A DNA stretch of 64,000 bases from NCBI GenBank assembly GCA_010093995.1, contig ML992512.1:725781-789780 (forward strand), read 5' to 3'. Positions within the stretch are counted from its first letter, which is position 1. Every line of letters starts with the position of its first letter. The notes under the pieces are model-generated. The model had not been told where the DNA came from. It was given only the letters and a program-made list of their open reading frames with translations, and did no database searches. Below, piece after piece: positions 22,966-37,218 of the stretch. A program made the translations under genes and the position numbers. The DNA is from Elsinoe ampelina (taxonomy: Eukaryota).

Positions 22966-25219
22966 ATGGATCGACAGTCTATATACACAGCAAGTGTCTT
23001 TGCAGAGCAGCCAGAGCAGAATGAAGATACTTCGCGAAGAAAGATCATCCAGAAGCTCCTCTCCTTCATCCTCGAGTTTCATGTCGACAACACATTCAAG
23101 TATCGGTATGTCAGCGATAAACATAAGATGACATATAGTGTGCTAATTGGATTCCAGTGATCAGATACGCGAAAACATCCTCTCAAAGCAATACTATTGC
23201 GACGTAGACATCGCCGACCTGGTGGCATACGACGAGACAGTGGCACACCAGCTTAACAACGAACCGGGCGAGATCATTCCCCTTTTCGAATCAGCGATCA
23301 AGCAGTGCGCACAAAAGATTGTATATCCTTCACAACGCGACATCGTGCTACCCGAACATCAATTGCTACTTCACTCATCGGTCAATCAGACGCTTATCAG
23401 GGGCTTGACAGCCACACATGTCTCTCACCTCGTCCGCATTCCTGGTATTGTCATCGGAGCTTCCACTCTATCGTCAAAGTCGACAGTGCTACACATCCAG
23501 TGCCGCAATTGCCAGCACACGCAAAACATACCGGTGAATGGTGGCTTCACAGGAGTCTCGCTTCCCAGGACTTGCGCAAGAGTACAATTGCCTGGAGAGG
23601 GTTCGGCGAAATGTCCACTCGATCCATACTTTGTGGTTCACGAAAAGTGTCAGTTCATCGATCAGCAAGTCATCAAGCTGCAAGAAGCCCCAGACGACGT
23701 ACCGGTCGGCGAGTTACCTCGACACATCCTCATATCCGCCGATCGATACCTAACAAATCGTGTGGTCCCTGGCTCAAGATGCACAGTAATGGGCGTCTTC
23801 TCGATCTACCAGTCCGCGGGCAAGAAGAATGCCGCAGCAGTCGCTATTCGGAACCCATACCTCCGAGCTGTTGGCGTACAGACCGACGTCGATCACACCG
23901 CAAAGGGAGGAGCAATCTTTTCAGAGGAGGAAGAGCAGGAGTTTTTGGAGATGAGCCGAAGACCGGATCTGTACGACCGCTTTGCGGAGTGCATCGCGCC
24001 ATCCATCTACGGGAATAAGGACATCAAGAAGGCCATCACCTGCCTGTTGATGGGCGGCAGCAAAAAGATCTTGCCCGACGGCATGAAGCTCAGAGGTGAC
24101 ATCAACGTGCTGCTGCTGGGTGATCCCGGTACGGCAAAGTCACAATTGCTCAAATTCGTCGAAAAGGCAGCACCTATTGCCATCTACACGTCCGGCAAAG
24201 GGTCTTCCGCTGCTGGTTTGACGGCTTCGGTGCAGCGCGATGCCTCGTCACGAGAGTTCTATCTGGAAGGAGGAGCTATGGTCCTTGCAGACGGAGGTGT
24301 GGTCTGCATTGACGAGTTCGACAAGATGCGGGACGAGGACCGAGTCGCCATTCATGAAGCTATGGAGCAGCAGACCATCTCAATCGCCAAAGCTGGCATC
24401 ACAACGATATTGAACGCCCGAACGTCAGTACTTGCAGCCGCCAACCCCATTTTTGGTCGCTACGACGAGATGAAGTCTCCTGGTGAGAACATCGACTTCC
24501 AGACGACCATTCTGTCCCGGTTTGACTTGATCTTCATTGTTCGCGACGAGCACGATCGAGCTCGAGACGAGCGGATCGCAAAGCACGTCATGGGTATCCA
24601 CATGGGCGGGCCTGGATTGCAGGATGACTCCAATGCTCCAGCAGGCAGTATCCCAGTCGAGAAGATGAAGCGATACATCTCTTACTGCAAGACGCGATGT
24701 GCCCCACGACTGAGCGCAGAGGCAGCAGAGAAGCTCTCAAGTCATTTCGTCAGCATCCGGCGGCAGGTCGCACAGGCCGAGGCAAACGCGAATCAGAGGT
24801 CCAGCATCCCAATTACTGTCCGTCAGCTTGAATCGCTGGTTCGCATCACAGAGTCACTCGCGAAGCTTACGCTAAGCCCGATTGCTACGGAAGCGCATGT
24901 GGACGAGGCGATCCGATTGTTCTTGGGCAGCACGATGGATGCGGTGCTGAGTCAGGGCGGCGAGGCAGCAGGCCGCAACCCTGGTGCAGGTCTGAATGGC
25001 AATAGGGAGTTGATGGACGAGATAGGCAAGGTGGAAGAGGAGCTGAGGAGGCGACTGCCCATCGGATGGAGCACGAGTCTTGCAAGCTTGCAAAGAGAGT
25101 TTGTGGAGCGGAAGGGCTACTCGGAGCAGAGCTTGCATAGAGCACTTTGGGCGCTGCAGAGGAGGGAGAGTGTCCAGTTCCGGAGAGGAGGAGCTCAGGT
25201 GTATCGGAGTGGTGTGTAG
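22966..25219 (+). CDS. MCM5: DNA replication licensing factor Mcm5; intron 23106-23157
   Basis: Walker [19 protein letters not shown] and SRFD arginine finger. Mcm5-type [18 protein letters not shown] and CPLDPY. Confidence 0.97.
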
Positions 25220-25796
25220 GCATGTATGGTAATGATCGCTGCATGAGCAGGAGTTGGGGTCGGGATATACCTTGGATGAACTTTTAGCATGATGTCCAAT
25301 ATTGACATGTACGATCAAGTATTTCTGCAACCACGTCTGCTTGCCCCATCTGAGTCTCTGATACTGTATGGCTTTGTCAGGTCCGATGCTGCTGCGCGTC
25401 GTTCACGAACTCCGTCCCGTTTCTGTCTCACCTTCTGCCTTCACATCTACATATGTCCTGTTTCATTGTCCGCAGAGCGCCAGTAGCTCTGCCGTGATAG
25501 ACTCGATGGAGAATTGCTATTCCTCTACGATGGGTGCACCATCAAAGAAGATAAGTCGAACGATCAGCGCCGTCCCCACCGTTCCAGAACCCCTCTCGGC
25601 CAGACCGTTGAACTATCCCTCACCTACAGTCTATTCAAGACCTCAGCACCGTTTCGTCACCGCACTCCCTCTTCAACATCTCAGCTCCCCTTGACCTCCC
25701 TCCCCTCCTCCTCACCACCATCACACCCCCCTCCCAAGCTCACCAACCCACTAACCAACTCACCCTCACCTCACGATCCCAGACCCAACCACAACC

Positions 25797-26453
25797 ATGA
25801 CCACCGTCCCAGAGCAATACATCACCTCGCGCCCCAACGGCTGGATCGACTGGGCACACACCTTCACCAGCATCCTCCCCAAACCCTTCGGACCCCGCGC
25901 GTCGCCCCTCCCAACCATCTCCTCGCCCGCCCCCTCCCCCCTCGGCCCCGCCTCCTTCGGCCCCTCCACCCCTCCCACCCTCGTCGCTTTCGTCCGCCAC
26001 TGCGGCTGCCCCTTTGCCGAGAAAGAACTCCGTCTGCTGGGCGAGCAAGCCGAGCGGAACACGAGTTTGCGCGTTGTGATCGTGCAGCATTCCTCTGAGG
26101 CGGACACGAAGGATTGGTTTGAGCGTGTCGGGGGACATGAGCTGTTCCCGGAGCGAGACAGGGTGGTGTTGGTTAGTGATGTGAGCAGGGAGTTGTACGC
26201 GAAGTGGGGGATTGGGACGCTGGGGTGGACCGAGTTGGTGAATGCGGATATTATGAGGACTTTGCATGAGGGGAAGGTTAAGGAGGGGTTGGATATTACA
26301 AAGGGGGATTGGACGGGTTGGAGGTGGCAGAATAGTGGCGGGTTCGCGGTGGATGCGGAGGGGAAGGTGAGGTGGGTGCATTTGGCGAGGGATAGTAGTG
26401 ATGTGGGGAATTGGGGGGAGGCGGTGGATGTGCTGTTTCAGGGGGCCGCGTAG
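25797..26453 (+). CDS. Thioredoxin-fold AhpC/TSA-like (PRXL2/AAED1-like) protein
   Basis: Motifs LVAFVRHCGCPFAEK, DVSRELYAKWG and WQNSGGFAVDAEGKVRWVH. Confidence 0.75.
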   Translation: MTTVPEQYITSRPNGWIDWAHTFTSILPKPFGPRASPLPTISSPAPSPLGPASFGPSTPPTLVAFVRHCGCPFAEKELRLLGEQAERNTSLRVVIVQHSSEADTKDWFERVGGHELFPERDRVVLVSDVSRELYAKWGIGTLGWTELVNADIMRTLHEGKVKEGLDITKGDWTGWRWQNSGGFAVDAEGKVRWVHLARDSSDVGNWGEAVDVLFQGAA

Positions 26454-26543
26454 GGGGCACGATGATGGCGGATGAGGGAGTCGTGGCGTTGGACAGGGAT
26501 TGGGCATGGACGAGTTGGAGTTGGTTTGGGTATATCATGGATA

Positions 26544-28089
26544 TCAGATTTTCTCTGCTAGGCCGGCGCCTTCTATATCTTTCACGTCTGAAATCGGATT
26601 CGAGTCTGCGATCTCGGCGACCTTTTCTTCGGCACCGTTCAGTGTTTTGTAAGCTGCTGGGTTGCGCTTGACTTCTCCTGGACCTTCTGATTTGAATTGG
26701 TATCCTCGCACGCTGTGGCACATTAGCAGAGCTCAGGTATGGTGACAAGGAACAAACGTACCGTGGTCCTTGGCCTGTCTTCTCTGGTAAAGATGGCTCA
26801 TATTCTCTCTCGAATGCAAGCTTATCTTGTTCAAATGTACCTGCTTCAATGCTACTTCTGACGCCATGAAAGAATCTATCCATGATATCATGGTTGTGGA
26901 TCTGCAGGAGAACCCAGCCGAGCATTTCCTTGGCATTCAGCAGATGCTTGAGGTATGCTCTGTGATGGTGGGTGCATGAGTAGCAGTGGCAGCCTCCACT
27001 CAACGGTGTCACCTCTGTTGTGTGATCTTCTGCCCACATGTCTACTCCCAGTGGTCTCGGGCTATGGCCGTTGACATTACCATTGCCTTCGTTTTGCGAA
27101 ACCGGGAATGTAAAGTTCAGAGCGATCCCCGCGTCCGTGGCGGAGTCTATGAATGGTATAGTGAAGATGTCAATGCCTTGCGATACCTCCCAGAGCAGCT
27201 TCTGTGGTCCGTCTGGTTTCGTAAAGGATAGCTTGGGTAGCTTGTGTAAAGATTCGGGGACGCCTCTCAATGAGGAAGTGTCGTAGATGGCCAGACCAGT
27301 GACTGTGTCGAGCATGTTATCGATGATCTCTTCGATATACCACCTTTGGGCCTCGGGCTCAAGGGGCAACAATGGTGCGAACATGGCTGGACTTCCCTGA
27401 CGATCTGAACGTGCAGATTCGACCGCTTTTGTCTGCTCCAGCATCCATCGAGAAGATCTATCGGTCATCGTCTCCTGCCGCTTTTGCGAAACCCTCTCGG
27501 CGTTGAATGGGATATCGGCCAGACCAACCACAATATCAGGCCGGAGATGGTTCACAGCATCACTGTAGTATGATATAGCAAGTTTCGCAAATCCAGTAGA
27601 CGTGAAGACCTGGATATCATTGCTTGAGTTTGAGACGGGAGCAGCAACTGGCAGAACTCGTCTCGCGCCCAGGACCAGGATGGTCTCATCCGGACAGGCA
27701 TTGAAGCTTCGTAGTGGGGAGATATCGCCCGGCGGACTGAAATTGAGTATAGGAGGCTTCACAGCAGGAGCTCGTTCTATGACTGCGAGATATCTTGTAA
27801 GCAGGGAGTCAGCAAAGCGAGCGAAGCAGACATTAGTGGACGTACAATCTTCCAAGGCCATGTAGACGCCATTGATACTAGTGTTGTCGGCAAATACATC
27901 TTGTGCAACATGAGGTACCGCCCCTCGGGATGTGATTGCAATGTAATTGGGCGTCAATAGCGGCGATCGTTTAGGTAGCGCAAGACGGCCTGTTCTTGCG
28001 GCACATGTCTTTGACACTATTCCTATCCGGAACATGTCATCTGCAGCCTCAATTGGCTCACCATTCGCCTCCTCCCCCATGATGGTCAT
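26544..28089 (-). CDS. QTRT2: Queuine tRNA-ribosyltransferase accessory subunit (QTRT2-like); introns 27783-27845 and 26713-26761
   Basis: ARTGRL...TPNY...TSRGAVPH, Zn site CHCYSC...HHRAYLKHLL...EMLGWVLLQIHN, and spliced C-terminus GQGPRVRGYQFKSEG. Confidence 0.88.
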
Positions 28090-28272
28090 CAGGAAGACTA
28101 CTTGATGTTGGTGAACAAGTCTCTACCGCACCTAGAAGAATTCGAGCTTCAACGGCACATTTTGCCAAGCGGCAGAGCCGACGACCTCCATAACCAACAT
28201 TTCAATCTTTCGTTGTCGGGCATATTAGCGACTGGTTGAACCCCGTTATAAACTGTCTTGGTGTCTGCGAGT

Positions 28273-29019
28273 ATGGCTCGAGGCAAGTTGATTGTCCTCG
28301 AAGGGCTGGATCGTGCAGGCAAGTCGACACAGTGCAGTAAGCTGGTGGAGCGATTGTCCAGCACAGGACAGAAAATCAAGCATGTCAAATTTCCAGGTAT
28401 GGATGAATGGCATCAATGGGGCATCTCACCTGATTTTGTTTAGACCGTACGACACCTATTGGAACCATGATCGATAATTATTTGCGTGGCGAGAACCAAC
28501 AAGAGGATCATGTCATTCATCTTCTATTCTCAGCAAATCGCTGGGAAGCAGCGTGGGTATCATGTTTTGATCACTCTTCAGACCGCTACTGACACCGTCA
28601 GTGCTTCGATCGAAGAAGCCATCTTGTCTGGCACCTCTGTAGTTGTAGACCGCTACATCTACTCGGGTTGCGTCTACTCTGCTGCGAAACAAAACCCGAC
28701 CTTGAGCCTTCGTTGGGCTCGTCACCCGGAAGAAGGTCTTCCACGTCCAGACATATGTGTTTTCTTAGAGATCACTCCCGAAGAGGCTGCTAAGCGAGGT
28801 GGCTGGGGAGAAGAGCGGTACGAGAAGAAGGAGCTCCAAGATCGTGTGCGCCAGCTGTTCACGGAGATGAAATCAACACCGGACGGCGAGGATTTCGTCA
28901 CCATAGATGCTGGCCGATCTTTCGATGATGTCGAGCGCTCGATCTGGGATGCCGTCGAGGCGGCATGCAAGAATGTGGATGAGCAGAATTTACCCCTTCG
29001 GCGGATCCAGGGAATATGA
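28273..29019 (+). CDS. CDC8: Thymidylate kinase; introns 28397-28443 and 28553-28601
   Basis: P-loop LIVLEGLDRAGKSTQ, KFPDRTTPIG, HLLFSANRWE, VDRYIYSG and GEERYE. Confidence 0.95.
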
Positions 29020-29022
29020 GTG

Positions 29023-30286
29023 TCAGTCCACCTCATCAGCTCTACTCCAATCGCTTTCATTGATGACTCGATTCTCCTGATCTGACTTCTTGGTCTTCTT
29101 TAGTGTCCGCTTGGACGATGTCGGTCGCTTTGCAGCTTTCACCGGTTTGGGGGAAGCCTCGAGCTCATGCCAATCGTCCTCACTGGCCTGTTCAAGCTCG
29201 TCGACATCTATGGCTTCACTCAGATCGGACAGCGCCTCCAGTAGATCAGCTGCAGCCTCTTTCGGGGCATTGGACGTCTTCTTGCGGCCCTTCTGCTTGA
29301 ACAACGCAGCCTGTTCCTTCAGCCCCCTACTCCTGAGACTGAGATCTTTGACCAGGTCAGACCATCTGACGGGCGTCTCACAATTCAGGCAATGCTGGGT
29401 CTTGGGCAGTATGTCTTCGCCTTCCTGTCCGACCAAGCGATTGCCGAGGCAGGTGAGGTGATATGCACCGTCGCATCCGGGATTGGGGCAAACAAGGATC
29501 AGATCTGTATCTGACGAGAGGCTCTCTTGGCAACAATGACATTGCAAAGAATCCTTCCCAAGCACCGAAAGGCTATGCTCAAGTTGCTGCTTCATTGGTC
29601 CATAAGTGTAGTCGAGAGAATATACACCAGAGTCAAGCGACGGCTGCTCCTCTACATGCGGTTCACCGATATCAGAACGGCTAGGCTTTGCAGCAGGTGG
29701 GCCATCTAGAATGATGTCGGACGGATGTAGTGGTAGTGGCTGTCGTTGCAGCACTACTTTCTGCCAAGCCTTATAGACGTCGGGAGCGAAGAATCGAACA
29801 CTCAAAGGCCACCTCCGAAAACTCTGTGCACTCAAGAGAATATGAAGGTTGACAAGTCTGTCATTGAGTGACATTCGCGGCCGAGTAACCTTGGTGTGCT
29901 TTCGTCCGGTTCGAGGAGAATACTTTGTCTTCGTACCCATTCGACTGATTCGCTCATCCGGAGCAATGTGGCGTGTCAGATGCGTGTTTTGCCATGCCCA
30001 TCTTTGACCAGTCAGCACTTGTGTAACATGGTAATTGCACACTGGGCGGCTAAACGTACTCGAATTGCAGTGCAGCAATCTTGGAGGGAAAGCCGACCAC
30101 GATACACGACATTTCCCACGGACGTAAGCTGGCCCTTGACGTGCGAACTGCTCCTCCCTTGGTCTTCCCATTGTGCTGGCCAAGTCTTCTGACAGGATGG
30201 GGTGTGCTTCCAACATAGAGGCTGGAATGCCTGACAGTCGATCTTAACAGATAACAACAGTAGAACGCTGGAATGGGTCGATCCAT
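29023..30286 (-). CDS. SLX1: Structure-specific endonuclease Slx1 (GIY-YIG plus RING/PHD-like finger); intron 30002-30059
   Basis: FYCCYLLRS...[17 protein letters not shown]...GGA...RPWEM...ALQFEWAWQ and a C-terminal Cys/His finger. Confidence 0.93.
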
Positions 30287-31122
30287 ACTTTGGGACGATC
30301 GAGTCGCTCTGCAGAGTCCAGTATGTGATTGCTTCAAAATTTGAGGTCGTCGATGAGAAGCACCTGCACGTGTTTACGCGAAGCCGGTGCAAGCACGGGG
30401 GGTCGAGGACTGGTGACGATTGACCAATTGGAGCGCTTCCCGTCGGACCTACAGACGCATCGTGGCAGATCGACATTGCATCTCTGCTAATTTTGACTTC
30501 ATCCCGTCACGTGCAGGCTGACCTGGAGGCAGCAAATGGTACAAATTTGACAATGCGCATAGAGAACGCGATTGGAGTCACGGCTGAGATATGTCTGAAG
30601 TATAATTGTAATTCTTTGCGAATTATCAGGTCCGGTGCCGTCTCATCTGCCCGATATCTTGACTTTCAAGATCGTGCACCAAAAAGGGAAAGGGCGGCGT
30701 CTCGCTTCTGCCCGCAAAACGCAAATGGAGCCAAATTTGTGAGGCGTTTTGCCGTTCCTTCTTGGTGACAGCGAAAGCGCAAGCGCATGGCGGAGGATCC
30801 GCACCTTTGGTCCTCCCCTCGGTGTTGCCAACTCCACCTTTTGATATTCAGCTCTGCCGCCTTACCTTCCTCCTTTCCACACTTTTCACGACCTATCACC
30901 ATTGAATTCATCGACGAATCTAACCCTCATCTCACTCCGAATCACGACAGCCAGAAAATAAATCACTGCGAGGATATTCTGGCTCTTTGGGGCTGCCGCA
31001 TGGGCCGAACGTCAACCCGACGCCGCATCAAGGGATTCTTATATCCCCTCAAACTCATGTCAACCACCTGTTAACCGCCTTTTGCTGCATTTCAGACTTC
31101 CTGAAATCGATCCACTGCAGTT

Positions 31123-34100
31123 ATGGTGCAGCCTCCAAGTGTCGGGGGCGGCACTTTCGCTGCTGTGAATCGACCATCGACGGAGCCTGTCACAAATGGC
31201 TCACCCCTAGGCTTCAGCAAGCAGCCCGGCACTATTCTTCCGCCACGCACAGCTCCGGCCCAGGCTGCATCGGTTCCACTCAGCGCCAGACGAGCAGATG
31301 CACTGGATCTCAATACTGTCGAACGTAGAGGAACACCGACCCAAGTACGACACCCACCGAAGCGCACTCGACTCCACGACATACCTGAAGCGGCAGTCTT
31401 TACGCCAACCGAAGAGGAATTCCGCGATCCTGTGGAATATTTAAACAAGATTGCGCCGGAGGGAAGAAAGTATGGTATCGTCAAGATTATTCCGCCCGAC
31501 TCGTGGAACCCGGAGTTCTCAGTGGACACAACCGTATGTATGTTGAGCTTTGGCGCAGACAAGTTTGCTGACACTTTGCAAGCGTTTTCACTTTCGAGTC
31601 CGTCGACAAGAACTAAATTCTGTAGAAGGAGGTACGTACTTGGAGGATGGAGGCAGCAAGCCTGTGCTGACCGAAGAAGGCACGCGAGCGAATCTGAACT
31701 ACCTCGACCAACTTGCCAAATTCCACCGACAGCACGGCACCAGTCTTACTCGATTCCCCAGTGTCGACAAGCGACCCTTGGACCTTTACAAATTGAAAAA
31801 GGCGGTCGAGTCAAGAGGTGGTTTCGAGAGTGTCTGTAAGCTGAAGAAATGGGCTGAGATTGGGAGAGATCTTGGATACAGCGGGAAAATCATGTCTTCG
31901 CTGTCCACATCGCTCAAAAACTCATACCAGAAATGGCTGCAACCATACGAAGATTATCTTCGGGTGGCCAAGCCTGGTGTCCAACATCAGCTGGAGATGG
32001 AGAATGGAGGTCCCTTCACGCCGTCTCCCAATCCATCCCCGGTGCGGAAGGTGGGACCACAGCAAGGGACACCTGGACATGACCATCCTGTGATGCACGC
32101 CTCGGCAGCGTTACATGCCTCGATGAATGGTGGTCCATCATCGCATGGCACTCCACATCTCAACGGAGGTTCGCAGGCGGCCTCTGCACCACCACCACCG
32201 AAAATGGAAGACAGAACACCTGCGCCTCCAACTGGTGGCTTTACACCTGTCAACCCCGGAGGGTTCACCGCCGTCAATCACTCGCCAGGCTTCAACGCGG
32301 TCAATGGACCAGTGTCGAATGGAGGTTTCCGAAGCTACCCAACGCCGAGTGCTCAGTCAACGCCTGTCCCGCAGCATAGTCCGCCAGTTCAGACTCCCGC
32401 GTCAGCTGCACCAACACCACCATTCCATCCGGCTCCTGCTGAAGGGCCGAATGTGCTGAAGCGGCAACTTAGTCAGCCCGATGGACTCACAAATGGCGAT
32501 CACGACCGACGAAGTAAGCGACTCAAGAAGGACGATCCACCGACCGTGGTCGGGTCAAACATGCACCAGTCCAGGCATTCACACACAAAGCACCCGTCAT
32601 TGCGCGATCGATCAAAGGAAAAACCTGGCGAGTTCTGCGAGTCATGTGGACTACCCGATCGCGGCGATATGCTCTTGTGCGAAAGCTGCGACTACGGCTA
32701 CCACATGGGTTGTCTACAACCACCTCTTTCCTCCAAGCCAGAATACGATTGGAACTGTCCCAGATGTTTGGTGGGAACTGGCGAGTTTGGCTTCGAGGAG
32801 GGTGATGTGTATTCCTTGAAGATGTTTCAGGATCGGGCTCGCAGATTCAAGGACATTCACTTTTCCGACAAGGTGAAATATCATCCGGTGACGAACAAAG
32901 CTTTACCCGTCGGCGAAGATGATGTTGAGCGAGAATTCTGGAGACTTGTGGAAAGCATCACAGAAACTGTGGAGGTTGAATACGGAGCCGACATTCACTC
33001 GACCACGCACGGCTCTGCTTTCCCCACCATTGAAAGGAAGCCACGTGATCCATACTCGACGGATCCATGGAATCTCAATGTACTTCCCTTGTACGGCGAG
33101 TCCTTATTCAAGCACATCAAATCCGATATCTCTGGCATGACTGTACCTTGGCTGTACGTTGGCATGGTGTTTTCGACATTCTGCTGGCACAACGAGGACC
33201 ACTACGCTTATTCTGCGAATTACCAGCATTTCGGAGACACGAAGACCTGGTACGGGATCCCAGCTGAAGATGCCGAGAAGTTCGAGCATGCCATGCGCGA
33301 AGCTGTTCCCGAACTGTTCGAGACACAACCAGATCTCTTATTCCAACTTGTAACATTACTACCGCCGGAGAAACTCAAAAAGGCAGGTGTACGGGTGTAT
33401 GCAATTGATCAGCGAGCCGGCGAATTCGTCATCACTTACCCGCAGGCTTACCACGCTGGTTTCAACCACGGCTTCAACTTCAACGAAGCAGTCAACTTTG
33501 CACCAGTAGACTGGGAGCCATATGGGGATGCTGGCGTACAACGACTCCGCGACTACAGACGCCAGCCCTGCTTCTCCCACGACGAGCTCTTACTCACTGC
33601 CGCCATGAGGGACAACACAATAAAGACTGCGAATTGGCTGGCACCGGCATTGGAGCGCATGATGGATCGAGAAACTTTTGCCCGCAAGTCTTTCCTCTCG
33701 GATCCCGACCCCACTGCAGACGGAGTTGTCGATGATGTGTACCGAGGGCCAAGATACGCAGGAGCGCCGGAGATCAACCCGGAGCATCTCGAAGAGGAGG
33801 ATTACATTTGTGCATTCTGCAAGTGTTTCAGCTATCTTTCTCGCTACGTTTGTCAGAACTCTGGAAAGGTCTTGTGTCTTCTACACGCTGGTAGCTACGA
33901 ATGCTGTGATGACAAGGAGACTGAACGCTACTCTGGCAACTTGCGCGATCATGTCCTGTACTACAAAGTTGCCGACGACACCTTGCATGACACTGTCTCC
34001 AAGATCATGGACAAGGCTCGCGTACCAGAACAATGGACCAAGAAAGTGGAGGACCTTCTGGCGACGGAGCCACGCCCTCAATTGAAGGCTCTCCGAACAC

Positions 34101-36571
34101 TTCTGCATGAGGGGGAGCGTATCCCACATGAGCTGCCCAAGCTTGTGGACCTTCGTCGTTTTGTCGACCGATGCAATGAATGGGTCGAAGAAGCCACGAA
34201 CTTTATCGCCAGAAAGCAGGCCGGGCGCAGGAGGAGCGATAAGCCTGGTCGCAAAAGCTTTGCCCGACAAGCCGAGATTGACGAGCAGAACAAGGAGTAT
34301 CGCAAGCTCGAGAACGTTCGAAAGCTGTTGCTGGAAGCAGATGCTATCTCCTTCGAGTGCCCGGAGATCGAGACACTCCGAGAGAAGGCCGAGCAGATTG
34401 AGGAGTTCCAGAACACAGCCCGAGCTGCTTTAACCGACCCGAAGAAGCGTACTGCACAGGAATATGAAGAGATAGCAGAGCTTGGACGGGCTTTCAACGT
34501 CGACATGCCAGAAATCGATGCCCTGGAAAAGCTTATCGAACGTCTTCGTTGGCGCGAGGAAGCCAAGGATCGCCGTGCTACCACCCAGACCAAAGCGGAT
34601 GTAATCGCCTTGATCGACCGTGGTCTTGAGCTGGGTCTCACCAGGATGGATCAAGACATGCAGTACTACGAATATCAGAGAGAGCAGGGTGACATGTGGG
34701 ACACTCGTGCCAAGGAGCTTATGAAGGTCGACAATATCAGTACTGCTCAACTCGAAAGTCTTGCCAACCACGGAGCCAGCTTGCCGGTCGATGCCGAAAT
34801 ACTGGGTGAAGTGCAGTCGATTATCAAGAAACAGCGCGAAGCTCAGGACAAGATCTTTTCACTATGCGAACGCAGCCAGGACCCTGACTTCCGCAAGCGA
34901 CCAAAGTACCAAGAAGCCAAGGAAGTCATGGAAGCCTTGCAGGATATCAACAACAAGCCAGGGGGCATGGTCGACCTGGAGAGACACATTCGCCGCCATG
35001 AGGATTGGATGCGAAAGGGAAAGAAGCTCTTCGGGAAGACCAATGCGCCACTTCACATCTTGCTGCAGCACATGGACATTGTCAGACTCAGGAATGAAGG
35101 TTGCTTCGATCTCAAAGATAAGCCAAGGATGCCTGTGGAACCACCCAGTCGCGAAGTCACTCCAGTGAGGGGATACACTGGTGAAAGGCCACTATCGGAT
35201 GTCTTTTGCATCTGTCGCAAGTCGGAGGCGGGCATGATGATCGAGTGCGAGATCTGCCACGAGTGGTAAGTAACTAATTGGGTCTTGCTCTTTCTCTTTC
35301 TAACTTTTCTGCACAGGTATCATGGGAAATGCCTCAAAGTCGCTCGCGGCAAAGTCAAGGATGACGACAAGTACAAGTGTCCTATCTGCGACTGGCGACA
35401 AAAGATTCCGCGCGATGCAGCTCGCCCGAAATTGGAAGAGCTCATGGCCTGGCAGGATGAGCTGGAGAAGTTGCCTTTCCAGCCCGACGAAGAGGAATGC
35501 CTCGCGCAACTCATCGACACTGCCCAGGCTTTCCGCGACTCCATACAGCCAATCGTCAATCCTGTCACGGTCACTCCAGAAGAGGTATCCACCATGCGTT
35601 TCTACCTCCGCAAAGTCGAGGGCGCCGACCTTCTGCTAGCGTATGAGACCAACTTCCTCCGTCAAGAGCTACACAAGTGGGCACCCGTCAATGATGTACC
35701 GCCACCTGTGATCGATCACTCGGGCTCGACGCGCAAGCCTCGTCCAACAAAGATCCAGAAGCTCATGGCGCAGTACGGAGTGTCCAACCCCGACGATCTC
35801 CCAGAAGAGCACCGTCAAAAGCCAGGCACCAAGCGCCGTATCACAGAAGCTTTGGAGGAACTGAACAGACGCAAGCAGAACCTCTCCATCAAGCCAGCCG
35901 GTGGTACAGGGTACGCCGCTCATCAAGCAGCATACGGCATCCCGCCCAGCCTTCCCTCTGGAAGCATCCCACCCGGCGGGCAATCCGGATCTCCATCCCT
36001 CCTCGGCTCTGTGACAGGCGGCTCCGTCACCGCCGGCTCACCACCCACCCAGTCCGGACCGACAATGGCCACGCCCAACACCGGCGGCGGCCCCGCCTTC
36101 ACCTACGACTCCTCCCCTGCTCCGCGCCCATCAAGCGGCATCAACATTTCCGGCACCGGCTTCGGCGACCGTCCCCTGTACAGCTCCGCCTTCTCGCGTA
36201 ACGCGGAAAGCACACCCCAACCCACGCCCGGCGCAGCCAACCTCGACCCTGCCCTCTTCGGGCCTGGACCCTCGCCTGGCCCTTCACCCGGCACAGGTAT
36301 CGGCTTGTCAGCCGGCGGAGTGGCGGTGGAGCAACACCTCAGCAGTCCAGGACGGGACGAGGAGCAGGAAAGGAGGATGTTTGCTGATATGGTGCAGGAT
36401 CAAGAGGAAGGGCAGGGGGAGGCCAAGGGGGGTGAAGACAAGGGAGGTGTGGGAGGAGGGGAGAAGATGGAAGGGGTGGAGCAGGCGGCGGCGGCGGCGG
36501 TGGTGCAGGGGGGAGGGCAAGCGAAGGTGGAGGGAGGGGAGGGCGAAGCGGGAATGGGTGAGGAGGAGTAG
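31123..36571 (+). CDS. lid2: JARID1/KDM5-family H3K4 demethylase (JmjN, ARID, PHD, JmjC, C5HC2, PLU-1, PHD); 3 introns (~31534-31581, ~31632-31679, 35266-35316)
   Basis: JmjN PTEEEFRDP...GIVKIIPP, ARID PLDLYKLKKAV..RGG, JmjC FCWHNEDH...AYHAGFNHGFN, and a second PHD MIECEICHEWYHGKC spanning the last intron. Confidence 0.95.
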
Positions 36572-37218
36572 GTCTCTTTCTTGAGTAGGGGTCGGGGGTG
36601 GGTTGGTCGTGGTGGGTAGGTAGGGTGGAAGCGATGGGGTTTCCTTGCTGGGGAAGTGGCGGACCTTCGGGCGGCGTCGCTGTACAATTGATGGCGATGG
36701 GACAAGGAAATGATGTATGAGATTATGGAGCAGGGTTACATGTGCATTTTATCCAGTAGCGCTTGAATGAGATGAGTCTCTTCTCTGCTTGATTTTATCC
36801 CGCGTGAGCATCATAGTGTTTTGATCGCTTGGGAGTATTGGCCAATCAGGAGCAAAATACAAGGCAGCGGGTTGGGAGTGGAAGATCTGAAATGGATGTT
36901 TTATGATAAGTGAAGCCAGCGAAACGCCGCACGGCGGGGTGGGTATCTATCCTCTGTGATGTACGCCATGGTAACAAATGAGAAGGCCGCCATGCAGTTT
37001 CTCAGATGTCGAACGCCGCTCCCATGCCGTGTCCCAGTCCGGTATAACGAAGATTTGGAGCCAGCCTTCGCGCCGGTACATGAACCATACGTGTCTTCCT
37101 TTCTCGGTCCCATGAGCGTGCACCCATATGAAGCCAGCATCAAACGCCTCGGAGAAGATACTTCTGACAGTCTTGGCCCTTCCCTTGCGGCATTGACATT
37201 CTTCATGACCAACGGTGA

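Noticed and set aside
26296..26543. Apparent coding overlap between QTRT2 and the AhpC-like gene
   Set aside because: Artefact of the unspliced ORF. Intron 26713-26761 shifts the frame and QTRT2 stops at 26544.
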